From Bdellovibrionales bacterium (GTDB lineage: Bacteria; Bdellovibrionota; Bdellovibrionia; Bdellovibrionales; JAUICD01): a DNA stretch of 64,000 nt. The translations under genes were made by a program, and so were the position numbers. The stretch covers positions 2,560,001-2,624,000 of the forward strand of contig OZ253553.1 of NCBI GenBank assembly GCA_965262715.1. Direction: 5' to 3'. The notes under the pieces are model-generated. The model had not been told where the DNA came from. It searched no databases and saw only the letters and a list, made by a program, of their open reading frames with translations. This document shows, in pieces, positions 10,093-20,323 of the stretch; positions within the stretch are counted from its first letter, which is position 1, and each line of letters starts with the position of its first letter.

Positions 10093-11235
10093 ATGTTAAG
10101 TATAAATAATAGATTACAAAGAAATAAAAGAAACCTAGCGACAATCCACATTTTTGTCATTTTTCTATTAAGTTCATTCTTTACTGGTTTTATCACAGGT
10201 TGTAAAGGAGCAACGTTTTCAACAGGTTCTGACAATCATTCTACATATCATCCTACTAATCCTCCTACTACCACTCCTACTACTCCTCTTCCTACGACAC
10301 CTGTTGTGACTACAAATAATGGATATGAACAATATAAAGACTCTTTAGTAATTCCTATAGAAATAACAAAATTAGATGTTATAATTTGTGTTGATAATTC
10401 TACTTCTATGTCTCAAGAGCAAAGCCGTTTAGGCGCTGGTTTTGACAGCTTTACTCGTGCACTAATAGCAAGTAACCTTGATTATCAGCTTGGTTTTATA
10501 GCATCAGATATGTCAGGTACTGGCCCAACTCAAGATGGAAATTTACTGCCAATTGGTAGAAATACCAACAATGGCTATATATTAGCATCAGGAGATACAA
10601 ATCAAGCTTATAACTTCCGAAGAACAATTGAGCGACCTGAGACAGGCAGTTCAGATGAAAGATGTATTTATGCTGTTATCACAGCATTACAAAAGAATCA
10701 GCATGGTATGATAAGAAGTGATGCGGACTTAGCTATTGTGATTATCAGTGATGAAGACTCACGTGGTGAAGGAGGTACTCACGGCAGGCCTTTAATCAGT
10801 GGAAAAGATTATGGAACAGATCTAGTGACAGAAGCAGCTAGGATAAAAGGTAATAAAAAAGTGACAATAGGCGCAATTATTGTGAAGCCTGGATCTAATG
10901 ATAGCTGTTTATATGAACAACAAGCTCAGGGCGAAGATGCAGACCCTCATTATGGAATACAATATCAAGCAGCAGCTGATGCAACAAATGGTGTAGTTGG
11001 CAGTATCTGTGATACAAATTACAATTATCACTTAGAGCAAATGTCTCAAAAACTTGTAAGTACAGAAGTATCTATTGATCTACAATGTGTACCTGAGCAA
11101 ACTGAAGAAAGACCAGTTATTGTTGAAGGCTTTTCACAAAGTAGCTATAGTGTAAGTGGTTCTTCCATTGTGTTTAATTCTCCAATCACACAAGGAGATA
11201 AAATCAACTACAGTTATTGGTGCAGATTAAACTAA
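10093..11235 (+). CDS. VWA-domain lipoprotein
   Basis: Lipobox ITGC, Thr/Pro linker, MIDAS DNSTS, IISDED. Confidence 0.8.
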   Translation: MLSINNRLQRNKRNLATIHIFVIFLLSSFFTGFITGCKGATFSTGSDNHSTYHPTNPPTTTPTTPLPTTPVVTTNNGYEQYKDSLVIPIEITKLDVIICVDNSTSMSQEQSRLGAGFDSFTRALIASNLDYQLGFIASDMSGTGPTQDGNLLPIGRNTNNGYILASGDTNQAYNFRRTIERPETGSSDERCIYAVITALQKNQHGMIRSDADLAIVIISDEDSRGEGGTHGRPLISGKDYGTDLVTEAARIKGNKKVTIGAIIVKPGSNDSCLYEQQAQGEDADPHYGIQYQAAADATNGVVGSICDTNYNYHLEQMSQKLVSTEVSIDLQCVPEQTEERPVIVEGFSQSSYSVSGSSIVFNSPITQGDKINYSYWCRLN

Positions 11236-11250
11236 TTGATAAGTGTTAAA

Positions 11251-12333
11251 TTAAAAGCCGTACATCAAGCCAATTTTAGCACTTATAAAATGGACTTGAG
11301 CGGTACTTGAAGAAGAAAGAGAAAAGTTATAATCTGCCTGAGCAGCTAAATACATATTTTTTGAAATTATCACATTAACACCTACTATACCTGCAATACT
11401 TCCCATTGTCTTCATTTCCTTAATAGCATAATTCTTTATTGTATTTATAACAAAGTAAGTACCAACCCCAAGTCCCACTAGGGGTTGTATCATTTCAGTG
11501 CCTCCAGGGATGTAATATTGCAGCTGTATACTTAGTCCATACAGATCAACTCTCAATTCACAATCTCTTTCTATACCCGATTGAATTATATCTCCATCAT
11601 CATAACATTCTCTTGGTCCATCATATATTTTATGACTGTCTTGAGATTTAGCAGAAAAACGTTTCCAACCTGTAAAAATACGTACACCTAACATATCCAT
11701 AAAATCATAATCTAAAACTATATTCGCATTAAAACTTAAACCACTAGCTGTCACATTCTTTCTTGGTAGCTCTCCACCTGATCCTTCATAACGATTTGGA
11801 AATTTTAATTTAAGAATATCAAAATCAATACCTCCCAGCAATCCGATAGCAAACTTTTTCCTTTGTGAAGTCGTTGAATAAGCATAAGAGGTATTATCAG
11901 TTTCTTCTGTTTGTCTTTTTATATTTTTATTATTATCAACAAAGTCTGTTTCATCACTACCATTATCATCATCAATGAAATCTTCTTCAACCCCATAGTT
12001 GTCATAACTGTCTTCATTCTCTTCATTATAAATTTCATCATCTGAAGCTGCGGCTCTATTGTTATTGACCTGAGAAACTGGATCACCTTTTTTTACACGA
12101 CCTTTGATAATCTCTGCCAATGCAAAAGAAGAGGCAGCATTAACTTTTTTGATTTTCATACTTACATCATTTGCTGAACCTGAGACGAGTATATCTCCCG
12201 GCTGAACGTTTGTGCCTTTAAGCTCGATGATAGCTTGCTTGCTGTTAGCTTTAAAAACCTCTGCTGCAAACATATTATAGGAACAAAAAAAAATGATAAC
12301 CCCAATAATAAAGTGGTTTTTATAATTTAACAT
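11251..12333 (-). CDS. Outer membrane beta-barrel protein with acidic linker
   Basis: Signal peptide, amphipathic strands, C-terminal Phe (KIGLMYGF). Confidence 0.65.
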   Translation of the reverse strand: MLNYKNHFIIGVIIFFCSYNMFAAEVFKANSKQAIIELKGTNVQPGDILVSGSANDVSMKIKKVNAASSFALAEIIKGRVKKGDPVSQVNNNRAAASDDEIYNEENEDSYDNYGVEEDFIDDDNGSDETDFVDNNKNIKRQTEETDNTSYAYSTTSQRKKFAIGLLGGIDFDILKLKFPNRYEGSGGELPRKNVTASGLSFNANIVLDYDFMDMLGVRIFTGWKRFSAKSQDSHKIYDGPRECYDDGDIIQSGIERDCELRVDLYGLSIQLQYYIPGGTEMIQPLVGLGVGTYFVINTIKNYAIKEMKTMGSIAGIVGVNVIISKNMYLAAQADYNFSLSSSSTAQVHFISAKIGLMYGF

Positions 12334-12671
12334 AGGTGCTCTTTTACTTAACTTTAGTCTATTTGCTGATTATTATTAACCTTTATCAAAATAATAATAT
12401 CTTAATTTAAACTTATAAGAAGTAGAAGCTTCAAGGAAAATAACCTAAAACCCTTAAGATCAAAACTAAAGAAGTAAGAACTTATAGATAATCTATTTTA
12501 AAGTTTGTATTAGGAGAGGCTATCTTACAAAATAGTTTTGCTGCACAAACACAACCTGATTTTTTTTGGCTCATGACATCTTAAGCAGTTAATGTTTATA
12601 ATTCATCACCACTAGTTAAGCCTTCTCAAAAATCTTGTTTGTCCTACAAATAAAGTAAAACTCAAATAAGA

Positions 12672-12774
12672 CTTAAGTATTTTGACATAGTTTATATAAA
12701 TAAGCTCCTAATTGATCTGCCTGTTTTGCTAAGTCAACATGGCCTATCATATTCAATATCGCTTGAGCTGTTTC
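12672..12774 (-). pseudogene. 3' fragment of a four helix bundle gene
   Basis: Near-identical inverted copy of 6805-6906 including downstream flank. Confidence 0.8.
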
Positions 12775-12917
12775 ACTCAAAATAAACCAACCTCTGGTTG
12801 TTTTCTAGCAATGACTGCGACGGCTAACGCCCTCGATAAATAAGTCATTGCCTAGAAAACCTGTTCATTTTGAGTAAATAGATACTTTTCATTTTTTTAT
12901 ACTATGTTAGGGAAATC
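12772..12917 (+). repeat. Family A hairpin element
   Basis: TTCACTCAAAATAAAC...GCAATGACT/AGTCATTGC...ATGTTAGGGAAATC. Confidence 0.8.
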
Positions 12918-13207
12918 AATTAAACTTATTTAAAGCTCATTACCCTGAGGTCAGACTCGTGAGGCGAGCCTCTCAAGGCAAGCCTCTTCTCATTCTTATC
13001 ATTGTTGTTTAAAACCAATATATAGTGCTCTCAAATAGAAGAATTGAACTTGAATGGTAATGATAAGTTTTAAATTTTTGCACCTAATTTGTTTCTCTAA
13101 AAATGGCCAGAGTTAAGGACTGTGTTGTTTTTTAGAAAAACAAGGGGAAAAATCTTTGGAGCAACGATTTGGGTGATTGTGTAAGAGGAGGAGGTAGTAA
13201 AAGGAAA

Positions 13208-13398
13208 TTTTCCTTAACATGATGTAAAAAAATGAGGAGGTCCTCTCTACTAAAATGTATCATTCTTTCTAAGCAGTCAGTTTTTTACTGAAGGGGATAC
13301 ATCCCGTTGCGTAAGCCTTCATGCTGACTGCCAGAAAGTAGCCAGAGGCTTGCCTCGAGAGGCTCGCCTCGAGAGGCTGGTCTGTTTTTAGGGAATCA
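13208..13398 (-). repeat. Family A hairpin element
   Basis: TTTCCTTAACATGATGTAAAA end, GCAGTCAG/CTGACTGC stem, GAGGCTTGCCTC mini-hairpins. Confidence 0.75.
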
Positions 13399-13460
13399 GT
13401 ACCTATTTATCGTGAAAAGATATAAGGTGATTATTCGTACGTAGGGGATAAATTGCATAT

Positions 13461-14024
13461 TTACCTACAAAACGTTGTGCCATTTCTACCAACCACAGTC
13501 TGCCTAGAAAAACAACCAGACCTTTCATTTAACTCACGAAGACGATTTCTAGTATCTATGTTATTATTAATAACATAGGTTGGGGTTGGATAGGGAGAAT
13601 TGTTTAAAGTATTCTCAGGAATTATTCCATTGTTAATAGGATAAGACTCTGCACCGAAGTCCATTAATGCAGATATCACAGCAGGACTTGCTCCTGCATC
13701 TTCAGCTATATCAAGTGGCCTATCTCCTGTTTCAAAGTCACAAGGATCGTTAGATCTAATGAAATGATGAAGACCTGAAGGAAAAAAGTAATCAAAAGTA
13801 TCATTAGCAAACCTTCTTAATTCTGCATCTACATCTTGGGCAGTGGCTTCTCTCAGCCACGAAGGATTACAAACAGTTGCTGATTTTTCTTCTTCTAGTC
13901 GATTTCGTCGCATCTCAGCTAACAGATCTACTCCAATGCTATCAATACGCACTTGAGAAACTGCATCAACACTCATAAAACTTACTAATAAAAGAGAATA
14001 TATAACACGATAATACTTCTTCAT
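13461..14024 (-). CDS. Hypothetical secreted protein with one ankyrin-like motif
   Basis: Signal peptide, GGAGG RBS, GDRPLDIAEDAGASPAVISAL. Confidence 0.55.
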   Translation of the reverse strand: MKKYYRVIYSLLLVSFMSVDAVSQVRIDSIGVDLLAEMRRNRLEEEKSATVCNPSWLREATAQDVDAELRRFANDTFDYFFPSGLHHFIRSNDPCDFETGDRPLDIAEDAGASPAVISALMDFGAESYPINNGIIPENTLNNSPYPTPTYVINNNIDTRNRLRELNERSGCFSRQTVVGRNGTTFCR

Positions 14025-14323
14025 TTGGTTCTACCTCCTTCTTCTTGTGATAGATAAAAATAAGATTAAAGTCAATTATGTTATAAGTTTCAGTTAAAAC
14101 AAATGTTATGTTCTTATATTGACTATAATACTTTTTTATACTACAAATGATGTATCTTATAACAATTTGTCATTATTAAGTTTTTGACAAAATATAAATT
14201 TGAATAAACAACATTTAGAAAGAAGTAATTATTTTGCGAGAGTTTTTATAAGTTATAAAACCATGTAATAAATACAGGGTTTTTATGTAAGATTTACAAT
14301 CTTGATATACATGGACTTGATCA

Positions 14324-15052
14324 ATGCGACAGGTACCTTTAAAAAACCTACAAAAACTGAAAGCTTTTTCTTGTTATGGATTAGTTGGCCAAGGCCGTTT
14401 AGCTAAACACTTAAGTTACTATTTAAAACTACTCAATCTTCCTTATATAAAGTGGTCCCGTAATTCAAAGAATGATCTTTATAAGATGTTCAAAAGCTGC
14501 TCTCATATCTTACTTCCAATTACTGATAGTGCAATTGAACCTTTTATCAGGTCCCATCAAGAGTTTTTATCCGAAAAAATCTGTATACATTTTTCGGGAG
14601 CCTTATTTACACCTCTCGCTATTGGCACTCACCCTCTCATGACTTTTGCTCAGGAACTTTATAATGGAGAAATTTACAAACAAATACACTTTGTTATAGA
14701 TTCCCAACATCCATTTAAAGAAATCCTTCCAGGTTTTCCTAACTCTTATAGTGTCATTTCACCTTCTCAAAAGGCCAAGTATCATGCCTTATGTGTGATG
14801 TCAGGCAATTTTTCTTCTCTTCTATGGCAAATTTTTTTCAAAGAGATGAAAGACTTTGGAATTTCTAAATCACATACACTTCCTTATCTGCAACAAACAT
14901 TTAACAATATTGCTCATTTAGAAGACAGCCTTACCGGCCCTCTAGAGCGCAGAGATGAGCAAACAATACATGCAAATCTTGAGGCATTAAAAGAAAATCC
15001 TTCACTTTATGATATTTATCAATCTTTTATGAAACTAAAGGAGCTAAAATGA
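14324..15052 (+). CDS. Rossmann-like / DUF2520 protein, probable PanG-type ketopantoate reductase
   Basis: GQGRLA, IHFSGA, HPLMTF, YHALCV, LTGPLERRD; first gene of the panBC cluster. Confidence 0.75.
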   Translation: MRQVPLKNLQKLKAFSCYGLVGQGRLAKHLSYYLKLLNLPYIKWSRNSKNDLYKMFKSCSHILLPITDSAIEPFIRSHQEFLSEKICIHFSGALFTPLAIGTHPLMTFAQELYNGEIYKQIHFVIDSQHPFKEILPGFPNSYSVISPSQKAKYHALCVMSGNFSSLLWQIFFKEMKDFGISKSHTLPYLQQTFNNIAHLEDSLTGPLERRDEQTIHANLEALKENPSLYDIYQSFMKLKELK

Positions 15053-15837
15053 GTCCATTTATTTTTAGAGAGAAAAAACAAAAAAAACATAAAATCTCTA
15101 TGGTGACTTGTTATGATACATGGTCTGCAAAAATCTTGAGCAAAACTGACATCGATATTCTGTTAGTTGGAGATAGCCTTGCCATGGTTGTCTATGGCCA
15201 TGATTCAACGCTTCCTGTAAATATCTCGACAATGGCTCTGCACACAGAGGCTGTTAAAAAAGGAGCTAATCAAAAGTTTATTACAGTAGATATGCCTTTT
15301 ATGAGCCTCCACAAGAGTTTAAGTATTGCAATGCAAAACATAGAATGTCTTATGAAAGCAGGCGCAAATGCCATTAAAATAGAAGGAGCTTTTGGGAATG
15401 AAAAAGTCATTCAAAGAGCTTTACAAGCTGGTGTACCTGTTATGGGACATCTAGGTCTTACACCACAATCAATTAATCAATTAGGTGGTTTTAAAGTTCA
15501 AGGAAAAACTTCTAATGAAAAAGATGATATTATAAAGCAGGCAAAACTTCTAGAAGGTTTAGGGTGTTTTGCTATTGTTTTAGAATGTATTCCACATTCT
15601 TTAGCGAAAGAGATTACCTCAATACTAAAAATTCCAACTATTGGTATAGGAGCAGGTATAGATGTTGATGGTCAAGTGCTTGTTCTGCAAGATCTTCTAG
15701 GAATGGATGAATCTTTTGCCCCTAAATATTTAAGAAAGTATCTTAATGGACATAGTTTACTAACAAAAGCTATTTCTCAATTTGACAAAGATGTGAAAAA
15801 TGGAAAATATCCTAATGAAAAAGAAAGATATGATTAA
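15049..15837 (+). CDS. panB: 3-methyl-2-oxobutanoate hydroxymethyltransferase
   Basis: LLVGDSL, DMPF, GHLGLTPQS, IGIGAG. Confidence 0.97.
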   Translation: MSPFIFREKKQKKHKISMVTCYDTWSAKILSKTDIDILLVGDSLAMVVYGHDSTLPVNISTMALHTEAVKKGANQKFITVDMPFMSLHKSLSIAMQNIECLMKAGANAIKIEGAFGNEKVIQRALQAGVPVMGHLGLTPQSINQLGGFKVQGKTSNEKDDIIKQAKLLEGLGCFAIVLECIPHSLAKEITSILKIPTIGIGAGIDVDGQVLVLQDLLGMDESFAPKYLRKYLNGHSLLTKAISQFDKDVKNGKYPNEKERYD

Positions 15838-15948
15838 AAGGAGAGTGCTCTATAAATGTTAATAATTTAATAGTTGCTAGTTTTGTCTCTCTAACAAGCC
15901 TCTGAGAATCAGGCAGACTGGCAACCTGAGAAATAGGAATGTATATCA

Positions 15949-16734
15949 ATGACGAAGATTTTGAAAACTCCTTATGATGTAGAATGTTGGAAAAATAATA
16001 TCCATAGAAATAAAGACAAAAAATCTCTTGGTTTTGTTCCAACAATGGGTGCTCTTCACGAGGGACATTTGTCTCTAGTTAGAAGATCTTTATTAGAAAA
16101 TGAACATACAATAGTTAGTATCTTTTTAAATCAAAAGCAATTTGAAAATATAGAGGATTTTAAGAAATACCCTTCAAATCTAAGTGCAGATATCCACAAG
16201 CTAAAAGAGTTACAAGTTGATGCCATTTTTACTCCTAATGAAAAAGACATTTACCCAGATGATTATAAATATATTATGACAGAAACTGATTTAAGCAAGA
16301 TTCTTTGTGGACGTTTTAGAAAAGGTCATTTTAATGGTGTACTCACCATTATACTTAAGCTTTTTAATATTGTAGAACCTTCTAAAGCTTATTTTGGAGA
16401 GAAAGATTATCAACAATTAGAACTGATAAAAGGACTTATTGACGCATTTTTTTTGAAAATACAAATTATGAGTTGTCCTACTGTACGTGAAAAATCAGGA
16501 CTTGCATTGAGTTCTCGAAATGCGCTTCTTTCTTCAGAGAATAGAAACCATGCATCTGAGTTTTTTAGAATTTTAAAATCTCACCTTAAAGCAAAAGAAG
16601 TGATAGAGCAGCTCAAAAATAAGAATTTTAAAGTTGACTATATCGAAGATAAGGGTGATAGAAGATATGGGGCTGTTTTTTATGAAAATGTGAGGTTAAT
16701 TGACAATGTTAAAATCTCAGAAAACAAAAAATAA
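15949..16734 (+). CDS. panC: Pantoate--beta-alanine ligase
   Basis: GFVPTMGALHEGHLSL, FGEKDYQQ, GLALSSRN. Confidence 0.97.
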   Translation: MTKILKTPYDVECWKNNIHRNKDKKSLGFVPTMGALHEGHLSLVRRSLLENEHTIVSIFLNQKQFENIEDFKKYPSNLSADIHKLKELQVDAIFTPNEKDIYPDDYKYIMTETDLSKILCGRFRKGHFNGVLTIILKLFNIVEPSKAYFGEKDYQQLELIKGLIDAFFLKIQIMSCPTVREKSGLALSSRNALLSSENRNHASEFFRILKSHLKAKEVIEQLKNKNFKVDYIEDKGDRRYGAVFYENVRLIDNVKISENKK

Positions 16735-17257
16735 AATCCTTTTTGGACTTTCAGGATCTATTGCTTGTTATAAAGCTGCCTCTTTAATTTCTGACCTTGT
16801 ACAATCTGGATATCAGGTGCAAACAGTTGCAACAAACAAAGCTCTAAAGTTTATTGGAAGTAGCGCTCTAGAAGGATTAACCTCTCATCCTGTTCTTACA
16901 GACTTATATCAAGAATCCCGTCAAATGGATCATATCCATTTAGTAAGAAATGTGGATCTATTTGTAATTTGTCCTGCAACAGCTAGTTTCATTAATAAAG
17001 TTTTTGCAGGAATAGCAGACGATTTATTAAGCGCTTGTTTTATTGCAAATAATTTTAAGATAAAATGTCTTATTGTACCTGCGATGAATGTAGAAATGTT
17101 TAATTACCCTGCAACTCAAAGAGCACTCGAGGGCTTACAAAAATGGGGAGCTTTTATGCTCATTGGAGAGCAAGGCTCACTTGCTTGCGGAGAAGATGGG
17201 TTTGGCCGTATGGCTGAAGTTGAAGATATCAAAACACAGATCATAAAATTATTATGA
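16700..17257 (+). CDS. coaC: Phosphopantothenoylcysteine decarboxylase (split CoaBC, CoaC half)
   Basis: GSIACYKA, PATA, PAMNVEM, LACG..G.GRMAE. Confidence 0.9.
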   Translation: MTMLKSQKTKNKILFGLSGSIACYKAASLISDLVQSGYQVQTVATNKALKFIGSSALEGLTSHPVLTDLYQESRQMDHIHLVRNVDLFVICPATASFINKVFAGIADDLLSACFIANNFKIKCLIVPAMNVEMFNYPATQRALEGLQKWGAFMLIGEQGSLACGEDGFGRMAEVEDIKTQIIKLL

Positions 17258-17919
17258 AAATATTAATCACAGCAGGTGGATGTAAAGAGCCTATAGATCG
17301 CATACGTCATATTGCGAATTTTAGTAGTGGTCAAACGGGTCTTTTTTTAACTCATTTTTTTTTAGAAAAAAAGCATGAAGTCACACTTTTAATATCCTCT
17401 GATGTTTCTATCTCTTCTTATATTAAAGACCATGCGCATATAGAAAAGTTTACAACATTTGAAGATATCAAAGAATCTTTAATATCTTTACTAAAACTAA
17501 AACACTTTGATAGCGTAATCCACTTAGCTGCAGTAAGTGATTATTTTGTCTCTGATATTTTTTTAGATGGAGTTTCAGTTAAAAATCAGAGGTCTCTCAA
17601 AAAAATCACAGGATCTAAAGAGATAACTCTTAAATTAAAACAAAATCCAAAACTTTTATCTCAGTTAAAATCTTTTTCTAAAAATAAAGACATCTTTATA
17701 GTTGGCTTTAAATTAACAGACACACCCCATATAGAAGAGGAGAAAGCTCAAGTGAAAGAAATGCTTTTAAATAACAATATTGATGGCTTAGTTCACAATA
17801 GATTTAATGAAGTAGAAGGAGATCAGCATATTGCTCAAATTTATAAAAAAGGAGTTTTTTTCCGAAAAACAGAACCTAAAAAACAACTCGCACAAGTCCT
17901 TCTAGAAATCATTAGTTAA
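17254..17919 (+). CDS. coaB: Phosphopantothenate--cysteine ligase (split CoaBC, CoaB half)
   Basis: ITAGGCKEPIDRIRHIANFSSGQTG, HLAAVSDY, VGFKL. Confidence 0.9.
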   Translation: MKILITAGGCKEPIDRIRHIANFSSGQTGLFLTHFFLEKKHEVTLLISSDVSISSYIKDHAHIEKFTTFEDIKESLISLLKLKHFDSVIHLAAVSDYFVSDIFLDGVSVKNQRSLKKITGSKEITLKLKQNPKLLSQLKSFSKNKDIFIVGFKLTDTPHIEEEKAQVKEMLLNNNIDGLVHNRFNEVEGDQHIAQIYKKGVFFRKTEPKKQLAQVLLEIIS

Positions 17920-18012
17920 CCTTAAAATTAATAACAGATCTTACGCAATGAGGTTGAGATCAAGTTTCAAATATTTTTACACAATTTCTATAGAAAAACC
18001 CCAAGTTTATCA

Positions 18013-18057
18013 GGTGGATTCAAGTTGTAAGTGCAACTCCTTACATAGTTGTATAAA
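18013..18057 (+). mobile_element. Solo IS30 end
   Basis: GGTGGATTCAAGTTGTAAGTGCAACTCCTT matches the reverse complement of the IS30 end at ~49773-49812. Confidence 0.75.
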
Positions 18058-18292
18058 TGTTTTCCACAGCTGCACTGTGGATTGATTCACGTCAATATAA
18101 TGGACTTAGTAACAGATCTGGATTTTCTATTTCCCTTAATGCTCCATTTAATTCAGAAACATTTTTTTGAGCATCATGGTAAAGCTTCATAAATTCTATA
18201 AATTTTGGATGCTTTTGAATTTCTATTTTAGAAGGTAACTCTTCTAAATCAAATGGATGTTCAGAGTGAAACATAGTATACCTTTCTATGAT

Positions 18293-18447
18293 AAAAAATT
18301 GCCGTATCTTCGTCTATATCTTATATAACGAAAAAATGCCATATCTTCGATCTATAACATCCTATACAACGAAAATTTGCCATTTTTTCGACCTATCACA
18401 CTCTATATAACGAAAAAATACCACTTTTTCGATCTATGATACTCTAG
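18293..18447. repeat. Degenerate ~41-bp tandem repeat x4
   Basis: AAAAAATGCCATATCTTCGATCTATA...TATAACG units. Confidence 0.75.
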
Positions 18448-18477
18448 TTTTTAGATATTGTAATAATCAGGGTTACT

Positions 18478-18600
18478 TAATTTTAACGTTTTATAGTCAA
18501 TTCGTTAATTTAAGGCAAGTTCATTAACGTCAACGTTAATAGAAATAGATTATTTTAACGTTTTTTGACCAATTCATTAATTTAATATCAATTATGAATA
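18478..18600. repeat. 72-bp family repeat, about 1.7 units, downstream of the Fic gene
   Basis: TTTTAACGTTTT and ATTAAC-N6-GTTAAT; homologous to 19900-20160. Confidence 0.7.
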
Positions 18601-18714
18601 TCCATACTATATCCACAGTTTTTTATGACCATCTTAAATAAGCTAGTAATTATTTAACTGTTTATTTTTTTCGCTCTACAAGGTTTATTCATAAGTTAAT
18701 AATAAAATAGAGCA

Positions 18715-19866
18715 TCACTCAGTCCCTCTCTTTAATATAGCTAAGTATTTATCCATTGAGATAACAGTGCCTCTAGGAGAATCCTTTAATGAAACAATCT
18801 CTTTTTTTTGAAATGCTTCTACTGTGCGCTTAACAGTGGGATATGGGATATTAAACCTTTTAGACAGTCTTGAAACAGAAATAAGAGGATTCTCGCATAG
18901 AATATCATAGATATGATGAGAATGTTTAAGCCCTTTTAATTCTTTGGTAACTATATTGCGTTGACTCTCAATAAAATCAAACAACTGATTGGCAGTATTA
19001 AGTGCCTCTAAAGAAGTTTCTCGAATTCCACGCAGAAAGAATTTAATCCATTCATTCCAATCACCCTCAAATCTAACTTTCATTAAAAGATCATAATAAT
19101 CACTTCTATGCTTCTTGAAAAATAGGCTTAAATATAAAAGTGTCCCTTGCAATATTTTTTTATCACAAAGTAAAAAAGTTATTAGCAGGCGACCTATTCG
19201 ACCATTACCATCATTAAAAGGATGTATTGTCTCAAAATAACTATGTATCACTGCGGCTTTGATTAATACATGACAACCATTTTTTTCATGATAATATTTT
19301 TCTAAATCTCCCATATACTCTATTGTAAAATCAGGAGGAACAGGGATAAATGTGGCTTCATTGAGCTGACATCCAGGATGACCAATCCAATTTTGCAGTT
19401 TTTTAAATTCACCGGATAACTTTTCTCCACCTCTAACTCCCATTAACAATGTTTGATGAATTTCTTTAATTAATCGAAGAGAAAAAGGCAATGTTTTTAA
19501 TCTTTCTAACCCTAAAGTCATTGCTTTAATATAATTAACAACTTCATCAACAGGTTTCATTTCTGTATGATTTTCATCAAATTGAAGTACTTCTTCAAGT
19601 GAACATTGAGTTCCTTCAATTTGAGAGCTCAGTAATGCTTCTTTTTGTACATAAAAAGCTATAAACAAATCCGGATTTTTTAATAACTTAGTGATGCCAT
19701 TTAATTCACCTAAAGCACTACTTGCATCAGCAAGTAAATTTATAAGAGAGTTATCCCATTTTATACCTCGAGGTCCTCCTGATTCTAACTTATGAGGAAA
19801 ATAAGCATGATATCCTCTAGGTTGTTTAATAGTCTTTCCTACATTATTTTCAGATACAGCTTCCAT
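18715..19866 (-). CDS. Fic family protein with C-terminal HTH
   Basis: HPFNDGNGRIGR catalytic motif, SSQIEG inhibitory motif. Confidence 0.95.
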   Translation of the reverse strand: MEAVSENNVGKTIKQPRGYHAYFPHKLESGGPRGIKWDNSLINLLADASSALGELNGITKLLKNPDLFIAFYVQKEALLSSQIEGTQCSLEEVLQFDENHTEMKPVDEVVNYIKAMTLGLERLKTLPFSLRLIKEIHQTLLMGVRGGEKLSGEFKKLQNWIGHPGCQLNEATFIPVPPDFTIEYMGDLEKYYHEKNGCHVLIKAAVIHSYFETIHPFNDGNGRIGRLLITFLLCDKKILQGTLLYLSLFFKKHRSDYYDLLMKVRFEGDWNEWIKFFLRGIRETSLEALNTANQLFDFIESQRNIVTKELKGLKHSHHIYDILCENPLISVSRLSKRFNIPYPTVKRTVEAFQKKEIVSLKDSPRGTVISMDKYLAILKRGTE

Positions 19867-19899
19867 TACATCCTCTATAAAAACCTAATAGCTGTGACT

Positions 19900-20160
19900 A
19901 TTAACGTTTTATAGTTAAATCGTTAATATATAGCCATTGTATTAACACCAGTGTTAATAAAAATAGGCTATTTTAACATTTTATAACGAATTCATTAATA
20001 TAAAGTCAATCTATTAACACCAGTGTTAATGAGAATAGGCTATTTTAACGTTTGACGATGAATTCATTAATTTAAGGTCAATCCATTAACGCCGGTGTTA
20101 AAGGATATAGTTTATTTTAACGTTTTATTGTCAATTCGTTAATTCAATACCAACTATGAA
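19900..20160. repeat. 72-bp tandem repeat, about 3.6 units, upstream of the Fic gene
   Basis: Palindrome ATTAAC-N6-GTTAA at 19941, 20013 and 20085. Confidence 0.8.
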
Positions 20161-20179
20161 GCTATATTCTTAGATATTT

Positions 20180-20272
20180 TTAATCATTATGACAAAAAGG
20201 CGAGTTCTTCCGCAGGATCATTGCTTTTTAGCAATGATTCGAGGACTACTCGCCTTTGGCATAATGATTAAA
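20180..20272 (-). repeat. Structured motif, family B
   Basis: Minus strand AGTCCTCGA-hairpin-CTGCGGAAGA core inside a long stem; also at ~48611 and ~60613. Confidence 0.7.
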
Positions 20273-20323
20273 ATCTGTCACTTAAAAATAAATATCACCT
20301 GAAGATAAAAGACTATCTCAACA

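Noticed and set aside
18293..20160. 41-bp and 72-bp repeats as a second CRISPR array
   Set aside because: Units are degenerate along their whole length with no constant repeat and unique spacer alternation.
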